From the NCBI GenBank assembly GCA_016748015.1, contig JAAOMT010000599.1, positions 574,480 to 638,479 of the forward strand: a DNA stretch of 64,000 bases, in the 5' to 3' direction. Origin of the DNA: Geosiphon pyriformis uo1 (Eukaryota; Fungi; Glomeromycota). Position numbers and translations under genes: made by a program. Below the pieces are notes generated by a model. The model was given only the letters and a program-made list of their open reading frames with translations. It ran no database searches and was not told the DNA's origin. Shown here piece after piece: positions 36,972-48,875 of this stretch (positions are counted from its first letter, which is position 1; each line of letters opens with the position of its first letter).

Positions 36972-36988
36972 CCTTGTAGGATTCACCA
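36972..36988 (-). promoter_or_regulatory. Putative primer-binding site of C (TGGTGAATCCTACAAGG)
   Basis: TGG 2 nt inside the 5' LTR boundary at 36991; cognate tRNA not identified. Confidence 0.7.
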
Positions 36989-36990
36989 AA

Positions 36991-37901
36991 TGTTACAGGA
37001 TGGTTTTCTTGTTATATTTAATTGCTGATATCCCACTTTAATTGCAATCAGTCTTTCGTGAGTTCCTCAATTCTATTTGTGTGATAATGTCACTGTTACA
37101 CTGAAGGCTTTCTTTTTACTGTCACGATGTAAGTTATTCTTTAATTCTTGATTGTTGTGTGTGTTTATGTACTCCTTTTCAAAGGCTGAACTGAAATCTA
37201 CCCACTGCTGTCTCTTATACACATCTAACTAGAAGTTCTTGGCATTTATGGAGTTGATGTTAATGATGATGCAGCTCCTAATGGAATTTGTATCTTATTT
37301 TCTGGTGAAAAATGGTATGATTTATCTTCTGGTGAATAAATACGTTGTTTCTTTATTGATTGAGTGACAGTTTTCTTTGGCGTTTGAGCTGGTGTTCCTA
37401 GTTTTTGCTGGTTACTTTTCTGATTAGTTTCTAAATTTTCTTTGGTTTTGTTGGCACGTTCCCTAGTGTTTCCTGTGGATATTGGAAAATTTTCGTTGGC
37501 GTATTGCTCAATTTTTCGATGGATTTTGACAATAGTTGCAGCTATTACTGCTACTTTTTTTGTAGTGTATTGTGATAATTCTCTATACAATCCAAGTTTT
37601 GCATCGTGTGGTTCNNNNNNNNNNNNNNNNNNNNTTATTTCCCAATATTAAAACTACTGTATATATACATGTTTGTAGTTCTACGAGAAAATACTTTCTT
37701 TTTGATATTTCAACCTGGTGTTTGCTGCTATCACCAGTTGGTGTTGGCTGCTATTGTAAACTGGTGCTTGCCACTATCACGAGATGGTGTTTGCTACTAT
37801 GTTAATCATTATCTTTCTAAGATTATTACTGTGCTATATTATGATTGAATAGTTTGTATTATTTTTATGATTCTTTTTTGCTAAATTTTTAAACTGTAAC
37901 A
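36991..37901 (-). repeat. 5' LTR of C, interrupted by an adapter chimera, a duplicated gag piece and a gap
   Basis: TGTTACAGGATGG at 36991 and CTGTAACA ending at 37901 match the ends of 27439-27850. Confidence 0.88.
37208..37226 (+). other. Nextera/Tn5 mosaic-end adapter (assembly contamination)
   Basis: Exact 19-mer CTGTCTCTTATACACATCT at a chimeric LTR/gag junction. Confidence 0.97.
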
Positions 37902-37905
37902 ACAC

Positions 37906-40008
37906 CCATACACCATCAAATTTGTTGACAATCCAGAGATAAATCTTCCCTTTCAACTTTGATTCCATAAAAATAGAAACTAAAATGTCTTTTTCCTTAT
38001 GTCAATGAATGATATCATTCTGTTTTACAGGATTGTTCATTTCTTTAACATTACAAGTCACAATTTTTCAGATCATATTACTTATTGAGAAAGAAGAGGG
38101 GTAGAAACTGAACTAGCATTGTTCATTTTAGCCAAAAGGCTCATAACTGTGAGTAAAAGACTGTTCAATGTTTTCTCAATTTTTAAGATAATTGTAGGAT
38201 CAAAAACCACCACTCCTGCAATAGTCTCACCACCAGTGGCCACACCCAAATTTTCACTCATCACTATATCTGCCCCTTGATTTTGTGATGAAAGGGTTAC
38301 CAATGGCTAATGTCCAGAGCTAAGCTGGGAAATCATTGGCTCAGGTGTGTTCAACCTTTTAGCCAGCATGTTAACATGCTCTGTGAGGCTGGTGAGACTG
38401 CACTCAAAAGTGGCAAACCTATCAATCAATTCCAAAGACACCAGTGGGGTAGGTTTCATCTCCAAAGAGGAGCCAGCTTTCAACAAAATATTCTGACCAG
38501 GAGGAGGAAGAAAAAAAGACCCACCAGCAATTTGTGCTCATAAAACATCACCAAAAAAAACAGGATGAACAACTGGAGCCAAGCATTTGGCATATATGAC
38601 AGCCAGCCTACTTTTATCTGAGTCCAAAAGAGTTTTCTACAATAAAGCACCAGAAAAAACTTTCTTCTTTCCATCAACAGGACAAGCCAATAATGTATGG
38701 CCCAATTTCCTACATCCAGTACACTTGGCCAAAACAAGATAAGACCAGCACAGATTGGCCCCTTTTAAAACAGACATGGTCTTTATCACAACATCCAAAG
38801 ACTCAGCAAAATTAAAACAAACAGTAGTGCATTTGGTCTGGACATAAGAAACCAGATGACAGTCAATCACACAAGTTTTCTCATCCACAAAAGCAACATA
38901 ATCTCAAATATCATGTGTGTTGGTTCCCATTGGCAGAGTGTACAAAAGAGCTTTGTAAACATCTCGCACATTCCATGATTCTTTGTCCATATTGAACCTA
39001 GTAACACGCACTGCATCTTTCCCAATCAGAATAGACTATTTTGCCACAACCAAATCAGCATGATTAACCTGTTTAAATTCAACCACCACTTTTTGCCACA
39101 GCCCCACCAATTGCATTTTGATCAACTTAATTAATCTGAACTTAGCTAGCACAGCATGTACAGCCTCTGTTCCAATTAGAATTTCCTTCAACATCACAGC
39201 CTGATTTGAACATCCAGATAATTTTTTAAAATTGGTATTTACCAAGATCTTTGCTTCTTTAGTCTTTTTTGAACCCTGCACCAAACTCAATTCAGAAGTG
39301 GATGTTGCTTTGATAATCCTAGCAAATTTTGAGGGAATAAAGGCCCCCCCAAAACCATTGATTTTAGAAAATAACTTTCTGATTACCATAAGCTTTTCCT
39401 GAGCAGATTTCCCAACAACATTGTCCAAACTAATGTCCAAAGCAAAAAATTTTCTAACAGAAACATTGACCAAGTTTTTCAAAAGAGGGGGGAGAACCAC
39501 AGGTTTGTCCAAGAGAATGTTATCACTATCATTACCCAAAAAGTCAATCTTCCTTAGTGGTTTACCCAGTGCTTTCTTGGTCAGAATTTTTGAACTCTTA
39601 GGAGTTTGTTCCAAGTCTCTACCAGTAAGAATGCTATCTTTTCTATAATCAAAGCTAGTTTTCTCAACCAAAAATTTCTCTTTCATATTCACACTATCTG
39701 ATTCAGTGGTATTACCTGTCTTAGAACCCCATGAACAACCACTTGGTGCCTTAGCAGCAGCAAGTTTTTTATTACCTATATTATCTTCTAAAGCACCACT
39801 CCTTCTCTTTTTTCTAGACTTTGCAGACTTGACACCAATGTTGAAACCATGCTCCATGATAAACTTGTTCAGAATGACAATATTAAAGCCAATGATAGTC
39901 TTGTAATCAAGCAAAACTGGTTTGGATTTAACAGACTGAATGATAAAAAAACTTCTTTCAAAAAATACTTTAGCTCTTTTTTGGGAATTTGGAATAAACA
40001 AGAGAAAA
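37906..40008 (-). mobile_element. LINE L-c, 5' part: ORF1 (RRM-like, CCHC knuckle) and start of ORF2 APE endonuclease
   Basis: ORF1 fragments 39036..40001, 38637..38888 (CTGCRKLGHTLLAC) and 38082..38303; ORF2 start KIVTCNVKEMN..MESKL at ~38070-37960. Possible decayed TSD aaatttt(tg/c)acaaaa at 23081-23095 and 40009-40022. Confidence 0.9.
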
Positions 40009-41104
40009 AAATTTTCACAAAATTGGTTGTAAATATTTCAATAATATTTAAATTTTTATTAATTATAATAAAATCTTTTTTTTTAAAACAATATTTATAT
40101 TTATTAATAATTAATTAACAAATATAATTTAAAAAATTTATTATTTTAAAATACAAAAAATTATCTAAAATATTATCACAAATTATTAATTATCAATTTT
40201 AATATTTGTAAATTTAATAATTTATAATTAAATAATTAGCCAAAAATATTTTTAATATTTAAGAAAACCATTATTAATAATATTTTTTTTAATTTAAATT
40301 TGTTTAAAAGTTTTAAAGTTATATAGTTAAAGATAATACAAAGTTTTATTTAAAATTTTTTAAAAAAATCAGTTTTAACTTTAAGTTCTTTTTAATTAAT
40401 ACATTTTATTTGTTTTAAATACTTTTAAAAATTGCTTTTTTTATATTAAACTTAATAGTTTTTTAGTTAATAAAATATTTATTTGGTTTTTTTTACAATA
40501 AAAATAGTTATAGTCTTATTATAATTAATTAAAATATTATTTATTTGAAAAATTTTACTGAAAAAATTCAAAATAGACTGAGTTATAATTTGACTATTTT
40601 TAATTCAAATTATATTATTAACAAATATATTAATTATTAAATAAATTGTTAAATTAGCTTTAGTTTTAATTTTTTTTAGTTTTGACAACAAATTTAATAT
40701 TAATTTTAATAGTTTTACTTAATTTAATTAATGAAATTATGTTAAAAATTTAGAACAATAATATATTAAAAATTTTAAGATTTATAGTAAAATTGTATAA
40801 TTATTTTTAATTATATATAAAAAAAAATATAACTACTAATTACAAAATAAAAAAATAAAAAAAACTTAATTAAAAAAATAGATTACATAATATCTATTTA
40901 TTAATTAGTTATATATATTATTAATAATATATAGTCTTAATTTGCTCAAGTAACAAACAAAAAATCTATTATATAGTTAAATCCTTATAAAAAAATACAG
41001 TTAAAATATGCAAATTATATTCTATTTTAAAGATATTTTATTATAAAATTTTATAATTATTATCAAATAAACTATATTTATTTATTAAATTAATTAATAA
41101 TAAT

Positions 41105-41168
41105 AATTATTATTATTATTAAAATATTGATTAATTATTATTATTATTAAAATATTGATTAATTATTA
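41105..41168. repeat. 28-bp AT-rich tandem duplication
   Basis: aattattattattattaaaatattgatt twice plus a partial third unit. Confidence 0.8.
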
Positions 41169-41713
41169 CTTGTTTTTTTTGTTTTTATTTTTATTTTTTT
41201 ATATTTATATAATTTTTTTTAAGTAAATTTTAGTTTTTTATACTAAATTTTTTTTTGTTAATTGCTTTTCAAATATAATTACTTTTTTTTAATGTTTTAT
41301 ATGTTTTTGTAATTGTAATTATAATAGGTAAAGATTTTTTTGATTTTTTTTTTAAGTTATTAATTGTATTGGTTTCAATTTAAGCATTAGCTAAAATTAT
41401 ATTTACAATTTTATTATTATTAAAATATTTTCAGTTGTTAATAATTCATCAACTACTACAGTATAATCTTTGAAATTTTTAACCAATTGTTGTGTATTTG
41501 ATGATAAATTATTAAATATATTTATAGCAATTAATGTTTCGAATTTTTGAATTTCTTATTTTTAATTATAAAAAATATATCTGTTTTTTGCCAACAGTTT
41601 TGAATTGTAATAGGTACTACTTAAAATCATAATTAAATAACATAATTAATTGCTTGTTTTATATTTAATTTATTTCTAAAAAATAAATTAATATTAGATA
41701 AAATTATATAATA

Positions 41714-44157
41714 TTTTTTTTTATTGTTTTATAAGTACAGTTTAATTACTATTTAATACAAAAAAACATATTAAGAGCTTTTAACTAAATATAATTTACA
41801 TGCTTTCTACATATGACTAATTACTTGGACCAATTAAAATCATATTATATACTTATTTGAATTGAAATTTTACTATTTAAACCTGAAAAAAACAAACAAG
41901 AACTCCAAAAACCAGCTAATGTTATATTAATTTTAAACAAATAAATAATACCACCCAACAATTAAGAAGACTTAGGACATAAAAGCTCGAAAATTACACT
42001 TGTATTATTAACCAAATTTTTGCTCTTCATATCTGCTCTAAACTTAGATTTAAAAGCCTATACTACAATTTTATAATACACAACAAATTTGCAAACAAAT
42101 TCTACCAAAACCATAACTGTCTTTTTTTTATTCTTAAAAACCATCATCATCTTTTCTTATTACTTCTTTAAGACAAAACTTTTATTAAAAAGTTTATATA
42201 GATTAATATTTAACAAACTTAACAAAAAATCCTAAATAATTATTGACACTAAAAATTTGTTTGCTTTAACCAAAGCTTTTCAACAAGAAATCATCTTTTG
42301 TATTACATTTCTATAAGAGCTGGTATTGCTTAGAAATATAAATACATAATCAAAAAACTCTATTTTATTACAAATCAAACACAAAACATTAGAGTAACTT
42401 CTGTCATAGAGTCTCTTTTTAATGACAACTGGCAGCTTTTTATACACAGTTTTTATAAAATATGTGTGCAGACTTAAGGATGCTTTATCAGTGATGCCAG
42501 CACACATATAAGAATCTGAATGCCAAACTAATATTGTGTACTGTTAATCAATAATACAAATAAATAAGTCAGCCATAATTTCAATACTAGAACCAGCCTC
42601 TTAGTTGGCACAATTAATTAATTCATAAATATTATGCATAAAATAATAGACATTTTTTAATATTGCTTTGTTATCAATCAACAAAAACTTTTTATAAACA
42701 CAATAAGCAAAAAACAAGTCAATGTAAACTGCAACTTTTTTTAAAGCATTTGCTCAGTTATTTTTCATATTACCTAAATAGCCTTTGACTTTTACCCACC
42801 TGACTGTTAAATCTTTATTCTTAATTAAATTGACAACATGTTTGTATTTCAACCAGCAGATATTATGAAAATCAGGCCACCAAAGCTCCAAATTAAAGAT
42901 ATATTTATTTATTACCACTTGACTATCTAAGTACAAGACTACCAAACAGAATAAAAAAACACATTTCAAAGTCAATACAACTGCTTGTAATTCTGTTATT
43001 GTAAATAAAACCAAATTCTAAACTTTTATCCCAATATCTAGATTAACATCTAAAAAATAAACTGTTGTTTCACAAGCCACAAAAAATAAACTTTTATTTT
43101 TTAAAGACCTATTAGTATAAACATCAAAACTTCTAGACCAAACTTAATGTAAATAGTTTTAAGCATCTAAGAAATTACTTGAATTTAAAACATCATTAAA
43201 ATTATTAAACAACAATATTTAAAAAAACTTATAGCAGAAAACAGACATAAATTCAAAAGCAATAATAAACTAATATGACACTAAATCTCTTGAATTCAGT
43301 TTTTTCTAATGATAAAACATTTTCTAACTTACAATTATCTCATGTTTGTCCAAAAGCCTATTACCAAAAACCATTTCATAGTACTTCAATAAATTAATCA
43401 TATTATAATAACAAAAATTCTCCAAAATCACTAACATTGAGAATCTGTCTGCATAACAAAAAGCACTAGATAAACTGTTAACAAAAAAGATTTTGTTGTT
43501 TAAAAAAAGTTTAACCAATTTCACCAAAAAATTGTTCACTGGGCTAACTCTTAATTTCACAGAAAATTGCAAAGAGTTTAAAGGTGTTCATTTTAAAACC
43601 TGTAAATCCAGAAAACAATGTTTAAATAACTTGCCAAGAATACCAGTAGTATTAGAAAAAGCTGTTACTAATACAATTTTATTCTTAATCTGTATTTGTT
43701 CAAACAATTTCAACTTATATAAAGATAAATAATACAAGAATTTACCAAAAAAATCTCTTAATAGATTAGTTTTGGTCTTGAGTTTTTTTTATTAAAATGT
43801 TCCATTTGTTGCATATATTTTTTAAGATAAAACTAAATTGTGTCTTATAATTAACAATTAGCTATAGTATAACTGAAACCAAATATAAAAACTGTTTATT
43901 CAAAAAAGTTTTTTTCAACATCATATTAGAAAAAATTTTATATCTGAATATACTTTGGCCAAACTGGACTTGAATAAACTTTTTGTTAAAAAAAAAATAT
44001 TCAAATATTTGTATAATACACTTTTTTGCACAATTATAATTAACAAGCCACTTATAGACAAAAAAGCAACTTTAATTTTCTGATTGATAGAAATAGTCAC
44101 AGTTTTCTTATTGTTTATTAAAACATTATTAATAAAAAAAAACTTGCTAGCAATATT
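41714..44157 (-). mobile_element. Decayed 5'-truncated LINE L-d (end of RT, RNase H, Zn finger, 3' UTR, poly(A))
   Basis: ORFs 43324..43572, 42754..43014 (ELQAV..LYLDSQ..WVKVKGY) and 42280..42507 (CLICNKIE); 3' hairpin relic near 41800-41836; poly(T) 41714-41722. Confidence 0.88.
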
Positions 44158-46591
44158 CTCTAAAAAAGTGGTAAAAAAACCTTATCTTGATTCAGATTAT
44201 TATGTATTTTAGGCAAAAGCAACAAAAAAACTCAAGATTTTAGTTCTACTGAACAATTTACAGTTTTGGTTAACATAGCTTTTAATGCACAAAATAAATC
44301 TTATCAGATTTTTAGACTTTCTTAACCAATTACTATTTTATCTTTTAAAAAATATCATGAAATCTACATTTGTCTAAAACTTACTACAACACAACAAATT
44401 TTTAAATTTAATAAACAGATTTGCAAAAAACATAACATTTTAATACCAAATGTTTATATTCCTAAAAGAATGTAAAAATTCGAAGTTATTTTTTACAATT
44501 TCAATAAACACTCTATTATTTTATTAAATAAATTAGAAATTGGAATCATACATAGCAATATTTTCAAAAAAAAATTTTTTAAATTGTTTCTAATTTTATT
44601 AAAATTGTAAAACACATTCTTCTTTCAAATTCAAATATTATCCCAAGCACCAAAAATTATCACATTATAGAAAAAAATATATCTCAAATCAACATAAGTT
44701 CTTTGAAACTTTAACAACAAAAACAATTAAAACAATTAATTACCAAATATACTAATATATTTGCCAAAGATAACAATAATCTAAAAAAAACTAATATTAT
44801 ATAATATTAAATTTATACTAAAGATGTCTTACTTAAACAATAATAAGCATATTAAGTCTTATCTTCTAATCACCAATTTATCAAGAAAAAAGTTCAATAG
44901 ATACTTAATAATGGTCTTATTCAATTATTAAAAAGCCTTTGGATCTTATCAGTAGTCTTTGTAAAAAAAAAAAATTAGATTTTGTGTTAACTATTATTAA
45001 TTAAATAATCTCATAATTAAAAATATATATCTCTTATTCAGAATCAACAACATGTTAAATGCTTTAAGAAAAGTCAAGTTTTTTTCCTCTTTAAACTTAG
45101 AAAACAAATATTGGCAAATTAAAATAGATCTTAAAGACTGTTTTAAAACAGTCTTTATTATTTAAGAAAAAAACTACAAATTTAATATTATGTCTTTTGA
45201 ACTTTGCAATATACCAACAATATTTTAACAACTTATGAATATTATATATAAAAAACTTTTATGGTAATTAGTAGTTATTTATCTTGATAATACTAATGTG
45301 TACTTCTCAATATTCAAAACTTATTTAATTTATTTATAAGAAGTTTTTTAATAATTATAAAAAGTAAAATTAAAATTAAACATCAAAAAATATTATTTCA
45401 AAAAAACAAGCTTAATTTTTCTTAAACATATTATGAGCAAAGATAAAGTCCAATCTAATTCAGGAATATTTAATACTATTAAAAATTTTTAAGTTCTTTG
45501 AAATAACACAGAATTAAAAAAAATCATAGAATTAATCTCTTATTATTGAAAATTTATTAAAAAATTCTCCAAAATTGTCAAACTACTCAATTATTTAATT
45601 AATAAAGATATAAAATACCAATAGATCCCAGTTTAACAACAAGCATTTAATACTTTTAAAGAAAAACTTATCACAGCTTCAATTCTAGTCTACTCTGATT
45701 TCAGTAAAAAATTTCAGTTAGCTATTAATGTTTTTTATATAGCTTTTAGTATTATTCTATTACAATTAAATAACAATAACAATAAACAAATAATTACTTA
45801 TACTAATAAAACTCTCAAACTAATTAAACTTAAATATCAATTTATTTAATTAAAAACAGCAGTAGTTATCTGAACTTTTAAATACTTTCAATACTTAAAA
45901 GAAAAAAAAATTGACATTATTATTAATAATATTGGTCTTAAATAACTTAATAAAAAAGAATTTAAACTTAGTACCAAACAATTTTGATAAACTGATTTCT
46001 TAGCTAATTACAAATATATTGTGTATTGCAAACTTAAAAAATTACATACTAATGTTAATAGTCTTTTAAAAATAAAACGAAATTAACACTAATACCAATA
46101 TTACTATCATCTATTAGCTTAATAACAATAAACAATCAACAATAAATTTTAAAAACTATAACAATATCAAAAACTATTTGAAAACTCTTATTATGCCAGA
46201 AAATTGGTCTTTAATTAAAAAGCATTAATTACAATACTAATTAAAACAATATTTTCTTTATTACAACAAAATTTATTACTAAAATTATAGAAATCTAACT
46301 AATTTATTTAGATTAATCTAAGAAAATAAAAAAAAACCATTTTTTATAATATGCATACAGATCTATTTTTAGCATACCTAGAAAAAAATAATATAATTCA
46401 AAGAATACTTAAATATTATTTTTGGTTATATATACAAAAAAACATTTTATAATATATAAAATTATGTGATAGTTATTAAAAAAGAAAAAAAATTCATCTC
46501 ACTAAATCTTTAAATCCAATTAAAGTTGAACAATTTTTTAACAAATTAGAAATTAATTTAATTAAATCACTTTTTATTACAACTCAAAAAA

Positions 46592-48875
46592 AAACTCTTT
46601 GTCTTCTTAATTTTATGACCACAACCAGAGCAAAGAGTAAAAAAGCTGCACCTGATATTTGTCCTGAGATATCTAATAAAATTTCAACCAGAGGAGCTCT
46701 CTCTGTTGTAGAAGCAACTAGGCAAAACGTTTTAGAAGCCTTTCCCTTACCCAGTAATCGTGATAAGCTGCTTTTGGTAGCCACTGAAGCAACTTCTTCA
46801 TCTTTGACTGGTTTCTCACCAGTCAAAGTCCCCTCAAAGAGACACACCTGGGTTAGTCCCAGTGTTGCCTCCACCTCAACCAAGAGCCCAAAAGTTTTTA
46901 ATAATAGACCAGTGAATAAGCTGGTCTTCCCCTCTATAGATTCAACACCTGGTGTTTCTAGTACCATCTCTTCAAAAAAAATGGTCAAAAAAACCAAAAG
47001 TTCAGAAAAGTGGGGGCAGTCACTTGCCTCTGCTATTGTTACACTGAACCCCTTTGTGGTTCCTAATAAGATCTTAGATGAGATCTCTGTAGTATTATCT
47101 GGCATGTCATCCAAGATGGGCCAAGATCAACCACTGGCTGTATTGCCAAATGTGATGTCTTCTGGCAGATCATTACCAGTTTTAGAAACAAAACAATCTT
47201 CTTCTGTTGGGTCACCTGTTCTTGGGAACTGGGCTGATCAAATGGAAACTGATTCATCTCCTCTTCTAGTTTCTGGTGCTACTTTTGGTGGTCCTTGGGA
47301 AACTATTACTAGTCGTCAAAGGTTTGCTGGGTGGGTGGCCTCCACTCTGGTGCCTGGTGCTACTTTTAAGATCAAATTGGCTCATATTAAGACTGTTTTT
47401 CAGTCTGTGCATGGTTTTTTGGGTGCTAAGTCTATTTCAAAAGACAATGTGAAGCTTTTCTGTGTGGAGTTTGCTTCTTAACAATCTTTGGAAGCTGCAT
47501 TTCTGGTTGAGCTTACAAGCTCTGTTTATTTGGCCACTCTCAAAATTGCCAAGTCTTTGGTGGTTTCTGAATCTGGTTCCTCTTCTGCTGCTGTTGCGCT
47601 GCGTGATGTGCCTTTAGGTGTGTTTGCTGCTGACGTTAAGTTGGCTCTCAATGTGTTTGGTGGTGTCACTCGTGTTGTGCTGAAGCCTGCTGGTATTTGG
47701 CAGTACGTGGTGGTTTATTTTGAAAAGTTGGACTCTGTTGTATCTGCCTTGAAGCATTGGTCAGTCTTGATAGGCAAGAATAGTGTTAGAATCCTCCCTC
47801 TGGTGAATTAAAATAAGACTATTTTGTCTCGTAATAAGTTTAAGGCCAAATTGGTCAACCTTCCCCCTGGCTGTACCACCTTTGAAATCAGTGATATGAT
47901 TTCTCAAATTGGTGGTCAAACATGTTTCATCCCTCATTCTCCTAATTCTGGTCATTGTTTCCAGTATGCTTTGGTTACATTTGACTCTCAAGGCGATTTA
48001 GATTCTGCTGTAGTCAAGACTGGTACTCTAAAGAAATGCCATATCTGGTGGGAAACTTCTGGCTGCTGGCGCTGCTTTAGGTGTCAAAAAATGGGCCATC
48101 TGGCTATGAATTGCAAGATTTCTCCACCCCCCACTCCTAAGGTTCCCAAGGTTTTCAAGTCTTGTTTTGTGAGTTCTGCTTTATATGCCAAGACTGCTGC
48201 TCTTTCTGGTCTTTCTGAGTTTCCTCCTTTGGTGGCTCCTTTGGCTGTTTCTGTTGCTGATTCTGCTGTTGGTTCTAGATTGAACTCTTTGGAAAAGCAA
48301 ATTTCGGATTTGGCTGCTCTGGTTAAGTCTATTGTTGAGCCTGTTAGTTCTTTGGTTGTTTTGGTGTCTCATCTTCTTGATGATAATGCCATTAAGGCTG
48401 TTCAGGTCGAGAAAGATATTGTTTCCATGAAAAGTGCTGCTAACAATTTTGCTAACCTTATGGTTGGAGTTTCTAAAGACATTGCTTGTCTTAGATCTGA
48501 GGTTGACTTTGGTGGTATGGATTATGATAGTGTTTTGGTTACTAAGTCTTCCTTTTTAAGTGAGGACACTATTGAGCGTGTTATTGCTTTGTGGTGTATG
48601 TCTGGTGCTGAAACCAGAGGCAATATTGAGTCTACTAGAATGTTTTTTAGTGAGTTTATTTTTGACTCTAGGAATCTGAATGGTATCATTGAGAGGATTC
48701 ATGAGTTGGGATTATTTCCACCTACTTTTGATTCAGTATAGTGAGTTTTTGATTGGGCTAAGTGTCTGATCACGTGTAGAAAACGCATGATGTATGCCTA
48801 TAATGTAATCCCTTCTGTGGTATTATAGTTTAGGTAGTATTTGGGTCTTGCTCGTTAAATGATAATAATAAAAAA
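46592..48875 (+). mobile_element. Non-autonomous ORF1-only LINE derivative (HAL1-like) with poly(A) tail
   Basis: 13-bp TSD ACAACTCAAAAAA (46579-46591 and 48876-48888); one ORF1-like frame followed directly by a LINE-type 3' UTR and A-tail; no EN or RT. Confidence 0.9.
46615..48741 (+). pseudogene. LINE ORF1-like nucleic-acid-binding protein (708 codons, two TAA stops)
   Basis: ORFs 46615, 47488 and 47824 are in one frame; RRM-like segments, CFRCQKMGHLAMNC knuckle, coiled coil. WQYVVVYFE...WSVLIGKNSVRI aligns with L-c ORF1 WQKVVVEFK...SILIGKDAVRV. Confidence 0.9.

Larger units (their letters stand above)
27439..37901 (-). mobile_element. Gypsy LTR retrotransposon C (diverged subfamily, young but scrambled in the assembly) inserted into the endonuclease domain of L-c
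   Basis: TSD ACAC (27435-27438 and 37902-37905), TGTTAC/GTAACA termini, 942-aa ORF carrying Cys-rich domain, dUTPase, RT (YLDD) and RNase H; integrase ORFs 30451..31155 and 29884..30447. Confidence 0.95.

Noticed and set aside
40025-41700. Extremely AT-rich stretches (also 22393-23095 and 54437-55909) as centromere, origin or organellar insert
   Set aside because: There are no diagnostic motifs or genes. They are best explained as terminally decayed repeats, which I cannot assign by eye.
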